NCBI GenBank assembly: GCA_013115125.1
Contig: JABANN010000232.1
Coordinates: forward strand, 1-49,259
Direction: 5' to 3'
DNA length: 49,259 bases
Origin: Perkinsus olseni
Lineage: Eukaryota
Shown: piece by piece, positions 9,203 to 21,674 of the stretch
Layout: each line of letters opens with the position of its first letter
How positions within the stretch are numbered: the stretch's first letter is position 1
Notes under the pieces: model-generated
Seen by the model: the letters and a program-made list of their open reading frames with translations, nothing else
What the model was told of the DNA's origin: nothing
Database searches by the model: none
Position numbers and translations under genes: made by a program

Positions 9203-12200
9203 ATGTTCTGTCATGCATCGCTCATGCTCAACGGCTCTGAGGGGAGCTCCTATGTCGCATTGAAGGCCGGAGGCTCTCCGGCGGAGGAACCCGAGCTCTT
9301 GTCTGATGTTGAGAATCTGGATACATTCCACTGTGAAATTGAACCTGCTCGCAGTCGGCATGGGAAGCAAAGCGGGCGTCTCAGCTTCTTCCTATGCAAC
9401 CTCTCGGCCGCCGGTGAAGCTTTAATATTGCCCCGTACCCTCTCTTCAACTCACTGCATATCCCTCACTCGCTGCGGACGCTCTCGACCCGACCCGACCC
9501 GCCCCTGCGCGACGGAACGCCATCTCTAACACCTTTGGTATCGTTGCCTTTCCTTGTCCAATTTCTTCGCTGCATTGGAAAGCCACCGTCAATAACCCCC
9601 GGGAGATGTGCCCGCAGGATTCTCGTTCGACTGCCACATGCCAGCCGCCGCCGAAATTCAGTCGGACGATGCTTTGAGTGATCATCATCAACCGGCCCTG
9701 AGCCTGTCAGCTTCCGTGGTATGACGCTCCATTTTCCCGCTTGCTCCTTCGTGGTATTGCCTCTGAAAGACACCAGCGTCAAGCTATCTATTCTGTTATG
9801 GGCACCGTCGACCAGCTCCTGGGCTCTCCCCATGCCCGGCGGAATTTTCTATCCCCGAAGTTCGCGAGCAGCCTGTGTTTGCACTCAGGAGTACATCGAA
9901 GGGTTGACGGCGCCGTACAATACCTCTCTAGAGCTGGACCTCACCTCTATCTCGCAGGAGCCCCTCACAGCCCGTTCTAAGGCGTCAGGAGACCCACCGA
10001 ATGAAGGAAGTCCATTGAGTCTGGTATGGTCCACGTATGGTCAGCCTTGCCCTAGCGCCATTGACTCTCACTCGAGAGAGACCTTCGGTTATCTCAGTCT
10101 GGATGGACCTTTGAGAGACCGGATAGTGGTGATGACGACGAGCCGAGTACGACATGGGTTGTTGGCATCAGGAGAGACGCCAACTTCCAGACTAAGGTGG
10201 TTTATCAGAGTTCGCTCGAAGATGCTATCGCAGTCGTTGATCTCAGATCTGTCTAGGCTCACAGGAGCTTCGGCTCTTAGACGAGGACCGACAGGGGGCT
10301 GTCATAGCAAGCGGGCGCGTCTCTTTACGCAGCCTCCTACATCAAACTACAACCATTGAGGGCATCTACCCGTAGTCTGCATCGCGTACTGGTCTGTGTA
10401 ATTTCCCCAGTCCCTCAGACTCACCCTCGCTGCTGAATACGCCGCAGTCACAGAAGGCTCTGGGGAGCCCCAGGAAGAGGGAACAGATCAGGGTAGGTGT
10501 AGCGAGTGGTAGAGGTATGTGGGTCCCGAAGGGTTAGTGGGGCGTCTAGTCTCTGCACTGCAGAGTCTGCAGTACCGGAAATGTATCAACCTCGCGGATG
10601 TGTCGCGTGGCCCGAGTGGCCGTGAGGAGGAGTGTCCGATCTCCCCACCATGTATCTTCATCTCACCAGGTTCACCGAGTGGTCCAAAAGAGCTGGGAGC
10701 CGAACAAGCTCCGACTCTGGACGCTCTCGTGAAGATATCCTCAGACACCCTGATCGGTGAGAAAGGTCTACTCTTTGCACTCGTCTGCCCGCCAAGGGCA
10801 TATCAGATGCTAACTTCATGCCTGTCCTCGTCAGGCAATGTTGAGGACTTTCCGAGTGACTGGCGCGTCCTCACCCTCCAAGTTCACGGCATGTCGGTAT
10901 CCTTTTCGCTCAGACGTCCCCTCGCACTCTCGATGAATCCTTGCCCCTCCCGACAGTTCAAGCTGCTGCTCAGGTACAGCCTACCACAGCCTCTCATCGA
11001 CGCTGCTGACCGTAATAATGATCAAGTCGTTGGTGAGGAGGTGGCGGCCTGCTTCCAGGATGACTCTCACCCCCTACAATACACTGTACGAGGCTGTTGC
11101 CTACCGAGTGCCCGAATGCTCTACTGGGCAGATCGCTCTCGGCGATGTTCAGCTGAGTGGAGGAAGGCTCCATAGGTGGTCTGTTCCTCCAGTAGTGGTC
11201 ACCGCTGCCGACGATGACCATGAGGAGGTCGAAAGTGGTAAAGGTGATGGCAGCGACAACGTAAGCTCGCGTTGGTAGCTCTCGGCAGTCCCCGTTATCG
11301 GCAGTGCTAGGATACACCACCGGACATTCGTGTGGAGGCCGAGGAGTTCCGGAGGAAGATTGAGTAAGTTGTTGCAGCTGGGGAGGTAGCATGAAACTAT
11401 CACCGCGCCTTCGCGGTCACAGTAGGTCGGCCCTTCGATTACTCCTGCCTGTCATCTCAAGTGCTCTCCTTCGATCGATTTGCCTCTCTCTCAGAGCTCT
11501 CGGTTACCCTGTTAGCCCGAGTGCAGTGAGAGCACTGTACGAAGCTCTCGCTGACGGACGCCAGGGCTGCATCACCAAGGCCAGCGTGAGCATCACAATA
11601 CGCCCGCTCTAGGTATTTGTCACCATTTTTTTCTTCAAGTTTGGCGAGGGGCTCTCGGTAGAGGACCGTGCAGAGGACGTCAAGGAGGCAGCTAGAGTGG
11701 CTGGGCTGCTTCACGGGGTCCGTCACTCCGTCGATGCTGTGAATAAATCGTCTGCTTCTAGGCATTTGGAGGTCCTGAGGAGACATTGATCGGGGTGACA
11801 GGCAGGCCTGTGACAGAAGCACCCAACATGATCACGCAGAAAGAGGTCGGTAGGACACTTCTCAAGGCCAGGAGAGGCTATCCCCTCAGCTCGCGAAGTG
11901 GCTTCAACAAGTGTCTGAGGGAGCAGGAGAGGAACAGGCTCCGCAGCCAGTGGAGGGATCGGGTTAATTACGTAGAGGGCCGGTTGATTCACGTAGGCCT
12001 CCTGAGCAGATGCTGTCGATGAAGAGAAGGGTCATGCCACAGCCAAGGTTATCTTCGGCCTCCTGGGCGTATCCGAGGGAGGGTTGCAAGCACAGCACCT
12101 CACAGCCCTCTATCTCTACAGGTGCAACCAATGCGCGAATCATCTTCTAGTGGAGCCACTCGTTACCTGTTTACTGAGTTCTAAGCTCGCTTTTTACTGA

Positions 12201-15200
12201 GGAAATTTCAGGCGTGTCGAGATGATGAAGAATCTCGGGATGCTGCGCAAGGTCTGCATTGCTGCTAGCGGCAGCATCGCTGATGCTTACGAGGCCATGG
12301 GCTCTGAGAAGGGCGTCGACGTACACGGGTAGGTGTGAGTTACCGGGAAACCGTCTGAGTTCACTTGTTCCTCCTCATGCTAGTTTCGCTGACTACATGA
12401 AAACTTCTCTCTCGGAGGAGGCCGGTCTCAGCGGGGAGGATATAGACCTGATCTTCCATTGGCTCGATTCTGACGGTGATGGCTATGTGTCAGCAGCTGA
12501 TATCATGGTGCTGGAAAACTCAGAGGTAGGCGGCCTGTTTGAGACTACTGGACGCCGCTCGCCGGGTGATTTTTCTCATCACGACTCTGCGCCCTGCTGT
12601 AGGTGTTCGAGACCTTACTTCAACTCAAGACTGCTGCTGAGATACTGAGTGGCTCCAATAGGGCGGATGGAGGTAGGCTGCAGTACATGGATGATTCGAA
12701 GTCCGCTTTTGAGGAGCAATGACCCGTGGAGAGGTTGAGAGGCTACTGATGGCTGAGGACACCTTCAACTGCCTCAACAGCGGCATCACCACGGGGTACC
12801 CTCGGCCCTTCTTTCCAGCTACTGCAGCGCAGCTCTCTGTAGGCATGTCTTCAACTTCCTGGCCCTCAATCGTTCGGGTACTGTGGATGATGAGACTGTC
12901 CGATTCATGGCGCAGCTACACATCGCTGGAGTCTGCGGTCTTGTCAAGCATTTCCGAACATGGGCTCTCAAGAGGTATCTAATGTCGATGCATGCAGTTT
13001 GGGGAAGGCTTGCCCTAGGTTCGGTACAGTGGATAATATTCTATCATACCTCGGGAAGGAAGTTGGCATGGAGGACTCCGAGACCCCGCAACTCGGCCCT
13101 CTCATCAAGTGGGGGCCTCATACCGTAGAGGCCTACAAAGTAAGTAGGAGGGCGCCTCTTCTGTCAACTCCGTTGTTCGTCGTAGAAGTGAGAAGTGTTT
13201 CTGACCCCGATCTTATCATCTCAGGGTCGACGCTTCCTCCGAACCGTTCGCGCGCTGCACTGCGGCTCCTCCTCACATGAGTTGGAAGACCAGTGGCTGT
13301 ACATAGACATCAGCGTGCCGGAGGCTACACCGGAAAGCACAAATAAGAAAGGCGGCAAGGTCGGTTGGGTTCGGCTATGAGTTGTGGAGAAGTCGACTTT
13401 CAGAAGGATGGAGGGGCTGGCGGTGACAGTGATGACTTGAAGAACCTGGCGAAGCGGTACCGCGGCAAGGCTCGTGTACCTCTCGGGAAGTTAGCGTCGA
13501 CTAGGTCAATCGAGTGAGATGCTACAGTGAAAGAAGCCGCCTTGTGAAGCAGTACGGGCTGCTCTCAGGGGCGTGGCTGCTGTCGTAACGGCCGAGCCGG
13601 GAGAAGTAGACGACGGCAACGACGAAGTCTGTGGCGCGGTGATGAGGCTCGAAGTTATTGCTCCGTTCAGGAAGGGGAAGGCCTGGCAACGTACGAGAGC
13701 TCGAGGACGTACGTTCGCTACAGTCTGGCTGTTGACCGCCCCGTGACGGCCTTGGATACGACGGTGAGTCAGAATGTCGGGGGATGCCGCAATACGGGCT
13801 GCCCAGATACTCCAATCGGCCGTGCCGAGTGAGGGCCCGTTGGTAAGTAGTACGCCTTCAGTCGTGGTTACTGGTCGTCACTGCCGCAACCTTTCAGGAG
13901 GATATCATACCGGAGATTGTTGAGGAGCATCGAGAAGCAAGCTTGGAGGAGCGATGCATAGAGAAGGTCCGAACTCTCCTTTGCAGCTCGGTGACGGTCA
14001 CCTCAGATCGTCCGGTCCATTGCGGTTCATGTGTTACCAGCGCTGACCAAGAGGTGCTCAATGAGGACCGAGAGCCTACAGGATGCCCTGAACTGTCAAG
14101 GTATCTTCTGGGTGGAGAAAATGATCCCCCATAGCTCGCTCAGAGCCCGAAGGCAATGGCGTGGTTGAAGCGCTCGTCGATGATGTCCGCTCTGTTGTCT
14201 CGGACGTTGCACGCGCCCGCCGAAGGAACAGAGTCGACGAGGTAATGAGATAAAGTGGACTCAGCGAAGGCCTTCGGGGAGGGTGTTCAGACTCGGATGG
14301 CCGGCAGATGGGCCGGCTACCGAAGCTACAGCGACTTGTTTGCTGAGACCATGGAATTGGTCGACAGGGCTATCGAAGCCGCTGTGGCCGGGCGGTCGCT
14401 CAGCCGCGATGAGAAACACTGGCGAGGAGAGTGAGAAGGGGAAGGAGTGGTACCCAGGGTAAAGAATCCCCATTTAGGAAAGCTCAGGGTGGCGCAGGAC
14501 AAGAGGAGTCCGAGAAAGTAACAGTCATGCGCGTGTTCTTCCCTAGCGTTCAATTGTTCGTTCAAGAGGGACTGTTCTGGCAGGCCTTAGCAGCACGCTA
14601 CACTCGACTGTCCTTCGAGGCTGAGGCCAGCGGCTGGCCTGATAGGGCGATACTGTTTTTCGAGAAGAGGCTGGCTGCTGTTGAGGCAGACTCTCCACAG
14701 CTTTGGTTCGAGTGAGCATGTTCTGCCAAGTCCTGAGTGGTAGTAACAACCCCATCACTGCGAGGTATGCTCGATTGATGTGTCGGGTGTCGTCGGTCTA
14801 CGGAGGCCCCGAGAATGACCGGACTGTAACCAAGATAAAATCCATCGCAGCTCTGCAGCGCTGTCTGGCTCTGTGTGGCATCGCCGGCACTCTGACGGAT
14901 GCACCGACCGATCCAACTCAGCGTCGTCAGGTAGGATCGTTGGTTGTTCATAGTCCGGGCTGATCGCACGGCAGGTACCGACGGCTGCCTTGAAGGTTCT
15001 GGCGATTCTATTGGCAGAGCAAGGGGAGATTGAGGCGGCACTGCGAGTCTTCTCGTGGGTCCCCGCTCCGTCAGAGCTCCGTCGCATCGCTCGATCGGAA
15101 GGTACATACTGAGGCTTGATGAGCTGCGCGGATGCGAAGACACGTATCTTCTTCTAGCATCAGTTTTACACGAGATAAAGGAGACTCGCCTGAGGGACAA

Positions 15201-16833
15201 GTGAGCCACGGCTTGGGAGATCGGCACGATCCCCTCCTCCTCAGGTACATCAAGTTGGCGATGGGGAGCAAACGGGACGCTTCGAGCAGCGCAGGACCTG
15301 GAAGGGGCTTTATTGAAGGTAGAAGCGACCGATAGAGCAGCTCTTTGTCGATAATGTCCCTGCAGGAGAACCAGCTGACGAGAGTGATGATGCCGAGCAG
15401 GGGAATGGCGAGCCTCGCTGTGAGCTGCCCTTAGTCTGCGTGCATTCTATCAAGAGACTCAGGTGACGCCGACGGTATGCCAATCGAGGAGAAGCTGCCA
15501 GCAGTCCCCATTGGAGATCTCCCCGTACTCGATCTCCTCGAGGACCTCATCGCCCTAGGCCTCGGGGATACTGCCCAGTCCATCTTGGATCTCATAGATG
15601 GAGGTCGGTATAACCATCATAGCGCAGAGGCAGTAGGTTTTCAGGTCTGCTCGGCGTGGCGGCCGCGACAGGAGGGAGCAATCGCTTCAATATTCTGAGG
15701 GTGCAAATGGCAATGCTCACAGGTTTGCCTTGAGGGGGCACTCCTCAGCCCATCTCGATCTCGTCACGTAGGCAACTACCAGCTGGCTGCTGATACCATA
15801 AAACAGCGGATTCTCGGAGACGGTCAGCCGGGCGTGGTAAGTGGTGTGAGGTGAGGAACGCTGCGCGGCTCCGTCACGAGGTAGGGGCACGACAGGAATC
15901 AGACGGCATGGCTCTACCTTGGGGAGTGCTGCTTCAAACTATCGAAGAAAGAGGAGGCTCTGTCTGCCTTCGAGACAGCTGCCAAAACTTTCACAACTCC
16001 TCCGAAGGACCCAATTGTGTACCTCAGGATGGGTGGGGTCGTCTTGTTGTTGTCTTTGTGTTCCTCATCGCTTCGCTCAAGGTACCCTATACAGCGAGAT
16101 GGGCGATCTCACAAAGGCCTCGGAAGCGTTCAAGAGGAGCCTCCGGCTGCAGCAAAGTTCCCTCGCGTGGGTTGGCCTAGCCCTGGTGGAGCGGAAGCGT
16201 AAGGCGAAATCCAGGCGCCGCGCTATAATGTGGGCTCAGGATGCAATCCGTCACTGAAGCTACTCACCGCCGCCAACTCCCTCGATCCGTACCGAGCAGC
16301 CATATGGGCTGATCTATGCGCTGAATCGCTGAGGGGGGACGCTACCGGGGCAGCTAAGGTGAAACAAGACGCCATTCGCTGTATAGTTGGCTGGCCCTCA
16401 GGCGATGCGAGCATTCATGAGGACCTCGGGTATGGGAGGAGACTTGCAGGACCGAGCGTCTGCGATAGAGTTCCTCTCCAAGGAGGTTTGAGCTGCAATT
16501 GGCCGCGCAGATGGTCAGCGGCCGCTGCAGGTGCAGTGTTTGGACACTCTTATTGATCTCGCCGAAGCCCTATTAGTTCACGGCGAATTCGCAAAGCAGG
16601 TGAATGCAAGCCGACGGCTTGACGAGTCGCGTTTTATCTCGGTTCCTCAGGCCGAGACGCTCATCCGACGATATCAACGCTGCGGTGTTAAGGGTGTCGC
16701 GGAATCGGCTAGAGTGGCTGAGCTGCTCGCCAGGAGCCTCGCTCAACAGGGGAGGTGGGAGGAAGCTTGCACGGTGTTGGAAGGAGCTGCTGGAAGAACT
16801 GGAGTGAGCAGGGGTGTGAGAGATTACGTGTGA
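9203..16833 (+). CDS. CFAP70: CFAP70/TTC18-like axonemal TPR protein with an N-terminal extension containing EF-hand-like loops; many exons; start uncertain and could be two genes
   Basis: C-terminal exons give EAEASGWPDRAILFFEKRL..LWFE, VYLRMG/TLYSEMGDLTKASEAFKRSLRLQQSSLAWVGLALV and LTAANSLDPYRAAIWADL, which resemble the CFAP70 TPR region as I recall it. EF-hand loop DSDGDGYVSAAD at 12466-12501. Confidence 0.6.
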
Positions 16834-17240
16834 ACTGCCAATGTGTCATTTAGGGAAAAAGGGAGAATCTCCTGGATAAGAAGTGTTTGGGGTGGTATGG
16901 ACATCGTGTTGCAGGATAAATACCATGACCTCTTGATGTTGTGATTAGACAGTACCGCTAGAGAGGGCTTGTGTTGTTCCAAAGTTGAGCGAACCGAAGC
17001 ACGAGCACGAAACAATCACGCGGAAGTAATGAGGAAGACATAGCTGTGGTCCATACCTATGCAGAGACTCTGCCAGAAACGAATGGGTTGTATCCGTTAA
17101 GCAAGGAAGGATGGGGGTGGTCGTCTCAAAGGCATAAGCTCCCCGGGGGCGCCGTGTGTGTGTGAGTTTAAAGTCCAACGCCGACAGTACGGCTTAGACT
17201 AGCACCGACGTACATTTCTGAGGGGTACTAGTTCAGCCTT

Positions 17241-20200
17241 TTAAAAGGCTCTGTTCAGGCCGTGATGTTTTAACTTGAGCGGGTCGAAAGCCTTCGCTTT
17301 TGAACTCGAGGCAGAAACCATACGCGAAATGCGAGGTGAGAATTGTCGCATGCGGACACTGCGGTACATGACATGTGAAGGGCGGATGAGGTCATATAGC
17401 CCCTCGCTGCCCTGGCGGCTGCTCTGGCGAGTTGGACGGCCGACCCTTTCGGACTGAAGCTTGAGCTAGCTCCCTTATCTGGGAGGGTTACTGAGGATGT
17501 CAAGCGCTCAGATGGCAGGAGGTCTCACCTTCGATAGAGGGTTAGACGAGGAGTGCCTGATTGGTGAAGGGAGAGCCTTGTATTTTCCTCCGTACACCAC
17601 CGGGGAGCCTCTTGCAGAGCCAACAGCTGCTGTGGGTGAACCTGCGACCATCGATCTGGTAGAAAGACATTATCGTAGCACCCCACCCCGGACGGGCCTC
17701 TTGCGCCAATGAGCGTGTGCTGTGGAGGGTAATCCGGTATTTCGGTTTATGACCTGACAGGGAGTCATGATAGCGCGGGCAACAAGAACAGGCCTCACGG
17801 AGCTCCTGTAGCGGTAGACGCCCGCTTTGTTCTTGCCAAAGCGATTGTGCCCTTTTTGTGGTTCATCCTTGGAGACGCTCGCGTTGCCTTGGTAGTCTAG
17901 GCCGCGAGGCCCTGCTGATGGACCGAAGATTCCAAATGAGCATCAGTTGAGCACGCTACTTCTAGTGTGCTCAAGAGAAGATCTGCTGCTCCTCCGTTGG
18001 CTTGCCAGAGGGGCTTTTCTGTGCTGGCGTGAGAGAAGTTTATAGCGACTAGGAGGATGGTCTATGTGCGGCAGCTTCACAGTCGTTGGGGTGGGGGTCT
18101 TGGCTCTACTAGGCGGCTTGTACTGGGGCGATTGAGGCTCCGCCTGCTGGCGGGACGTTATCGGGCCCTTGGTAATCTCGTCGACGAGGTCCTTCATTCC
18201 TTTGATTTTGCTCGCTCGTGGTATCCCGAGTTCACGAGCTTGCTCCGCCGCGCTAGAGTCAGATGCTGCTAAGTTTCCCACATGGGGCAAGTCCGAGTCT
18301 CTCGTGGCACTGGTGAAGTCGCCTGTGCGCAGAGGTATATACCTAGCTCACCAGCTGCTAGTCCATGGCATTAGACTCAGTTGCCGCCCTACGAAGCATG
18401 GCTGTTCACTCCATCAACTTGATCGCGTTGCTCGTCGGTCAGGACCAAGCGGTGCTCTTCTAACATCTGGTCGCGCAGTTTGATTTGATACTGAAAAGAA
18501 GGTCACGATAGGTAGTCCATGATGAAGAACACGGAGGGAAGAGCTCGGGGACTTCAACATAAGAAGACTGCAGCAGCTGGCATCCGGAAGAGTTTTGGAG
18601 ACGACTTCTGTTTATTATGGCGTGACACCCGCCTCCTTTGTGTTAAGAGACGTGGCAAATGTACAGCACGATGTATAGGGGAAGCGTCAATCGATAAAGA
18701 GCACAGGATAGGGAAGCTGCTGCCGGCTTCATCAATCGGATGCTCAACTTAAGCTTTTGTATTTCCAAGTTTTTCTGGTGGACTATCATCTCATGTGCCT
18801 TCAGCATCTGCTGGGCTTGCTCGTAGGACTCCATTGCTTCCACTTCCAGCACCTACAGCGGAAAGCCACGGCCTCCCCCATCAGCCTCGTTGCTCTACTT
18901 GATTTCGGAACATGAGCTCTAGAAATGCACGGACGTCATCGTTGTGAACCTGGACCAACTGCAGTGCCCCATGAGGTGCTTCAAGTATCGGTTGTTACGG
19001 TATTAGGGAGTTTCGCTTGGAGTGCGTGTAGCACCTCCTCGTTGTCTCTCAGCCGCTCAGCTAGCATATGCCGATTCCTGAGATTAGAGCCTTCACGCTG
19101 GTCAGAACGGTATCTTGTCACTTCTCGCTCGAGGAAATAGATTCCTCGATCAGGCTCAGGTCTTGTTGCAGTTCCCCAATAGATTTCGGAGCTTCATCGG
19201 TGCCCGTTGGAGCAGCTCCACTTGCGGCCTGTTCTTCCCATCGGCTTATCGACAGCATCACGCCGGCCTTAGCAGTCTGCTGTGTTTGTGCTTCGATCTC
19301 AGTGTCGATGAGGCTGCGCTTCAGCTGAACTCGCTCCTCCACATTGTTGACCAACTCCTGCCGCCACCTGCTAAGCAGGCATCCTATTAGCAGCGAACTA
19401 CCGCTGAGGAGTTCCAATAAGCGTACCTCTCAGAGGCTTCACGCTCGGGATCGTTTGTTGGGGACATCTGACAGACCCGGCTCAGCGAGATCCTCCGCAG
19501 TCGAGAGGCTCACCAGCTCCTGCGGCGTGAAGGTTTGCGACTTTGTCGCTAGTTTCTGCCTCAGGTCCGTCACCTGCCAAAATCCACCTCTCCCCAAATG
19601 CCGAAGCAACACTCTCCCACCACTGCTCTCAGTTCGTTGATAATTTGTGTGTACTTGGATATATGAAAGCTAACATTAAGGACGTTCCTCGTTACCTGAG
19701 GCCATGACGCCTTCTACTGCATAACCAGCTAGTATCCTCACCTTAGTTTTGATTTTCTTCGCTCTGTTAGCATACTTGAGCGTATTGTGAGTATCCTCAT
19801 AGTTGAGGTGGCATGGTGATATGTTAGCTATCATAACAGTACGACAGTTGCCTCCAAGAGAGTCCTTCAGTAACCTTGTAAGCTTGGAGTCTCTATAAGG
19901 CACGAAACTGCTCTGCTTCCCCCCTGCTTGATCGGCCAGTGCAGTGATGCAGTTCCCCAGAGCCAGCAGAGAGCGATTGATGTTGGCACCTTCGATCATC
20001 CTCAGCCCCTTGTTGTTCGTCTGACTGGCGCGTTCACTCCCAGCCAAGTCTATCATCGACAGTTTCCCAACCAAAACCTCGGCGACGAGCCCACTGCCCT
20101 TCTCTCGCTGTTCTACCACCACTTGGAGTACAGCATGTGAACGGGAAGAAGTCTCATTGGCCGAAGTGGGCTCGGTTGTCCGATTCCGATTGCCACGTTG

Positions 20201-21674
20201 TAGCAAGTCCATGATCTCCTGCGCGGACTCGAGCCCGCCCACTTCACTGATACCGGCAACGCTCATGCCTTTAACTGGGTCCTCTCGCAGATCGAGGTAG
20301 TCAGAGCTAGAGGAGGCCAGTAAGTCTCTAATGTTCTCGTTGTAGACCTATGCAGCACGACGAAGCGCTCTGGCAGGTTGATAGATCTCGCACGCGGCAC
20401 ATGGTTGATGCAATGCCAGAATGGAGCGATGAATTTTCAGGTCCTCACCTCCAGAAAGCTACACTTGATTTGGATGTGCTTTTCGTTGCGACGCTTCAAG
20501 GCTTTCACGTGCTCAAACAGGTCCCTGTATGTCACTGAAATGCGAATCGTTCCTTAATGTTGACCACCCACCTCAGAGTGAGGGTCATGGTCCCAGGCTG
20601 GGTGTAGCTGCCCAGCATCGTATATGTCTTCCCTGAGGAGAAAAGGACAATTCTTACAGAGGCATGGGGGACCCTTCCCCAGCACCTGCGCCTGTAGCCC
20701 CGTATGCGAAGACCGTCGCGTTGAAGCCATGGAGTACACCGGGTATGAGGAATTGGGCAGTGTTCTCATAAACATGGCTCTGGGAACAGTTGGCCTCAAA
20801 AACATGGTCGAAGGCGTATCTATGTACGGGCCGTTCCTTTTCTATCAACTCGGGACCTATCTGGCCTCACCGCCGCTCCTTCGACTTATTCAAGCGAAGA
20901 TAGTCATCGCTGGCCGTCGTTCCAGGATCCATCAACACCACCACCTTATTCTCCAATACCTACTTCACGGTCCTGCTGACTCGCACCCCACCAGATCACA
21001 AGTCCACCTACCCTGAGGACCTCCCTTCCACCCTGGGCCCGCTCGAACGGTAGAAGGCTTCTCGTTCTGACAGCCACCATGATGTTACCTGAGGACCGCT
21101 CGCCCTATCGATAAGCACTGTAGTCCGGTGCTAGCTCACTCGATCCGCTCCCCATTCGCTTCATATGGTCCTCGGTGGAGCTGTCCCTCCCCATCGGGTG
21201 TCCACTGATACACCCATCAACCTCCCCGTCCCGGCGTTCCAGCAAGGGTGACAAGTCTCGATCACCGTGCAGGGTACTGGCCACGTGCCGACTTACCGAG
21301 GCCGGTGACGTCGATTCACTGACGTTGGCTTGCACCATCCCCCGTCCTGCAGAAGGTATGCTCTTCGCCGCCTTCGGCTCAGTCACTGACGACACTAGTC
21401 CACCGTTGCTCCGTTGCGGAGAGGTTGGGACAACCATCCATCGAAAAGCTTCTGAAAACCTCACGAGAACTCGCGGCCAGACGAAGTACTGCTTGCACGA
21501 AGTTGCACGGTTTAGCGCTCCAATGTCCATATCACCTAACTCGATGCTCCGTAATCTTTGAGACGTTTGGATCGGTTTGCCATATTCATCTGCGTCGTCC
21601 GATCGTGTCTCGTAAGGCCGAATCATTCTCCTTGTCTGTATGAGTGCTTCATTGGGGCAGCTTCTCGTAAGCAT
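17241..21674 (-). CDS. Kinesin-8 family motor (KIF18/KIF19-like), multi-exon; start and 3' exons approximate
   Basis: [34 protein letters not shown] (P-loop), [77 protein letters not shown], followed by coiled-coil and low-complexity tail exons. Confidence 0.92.
21397..21545. repeat. 149-bp direct repeat, copy A (in the kinesin 5' region)
   Basis: Aligns without gaps to 24291-24439; about 22 mismatches counted by eye (~85% identity). Confidence 0.9.
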
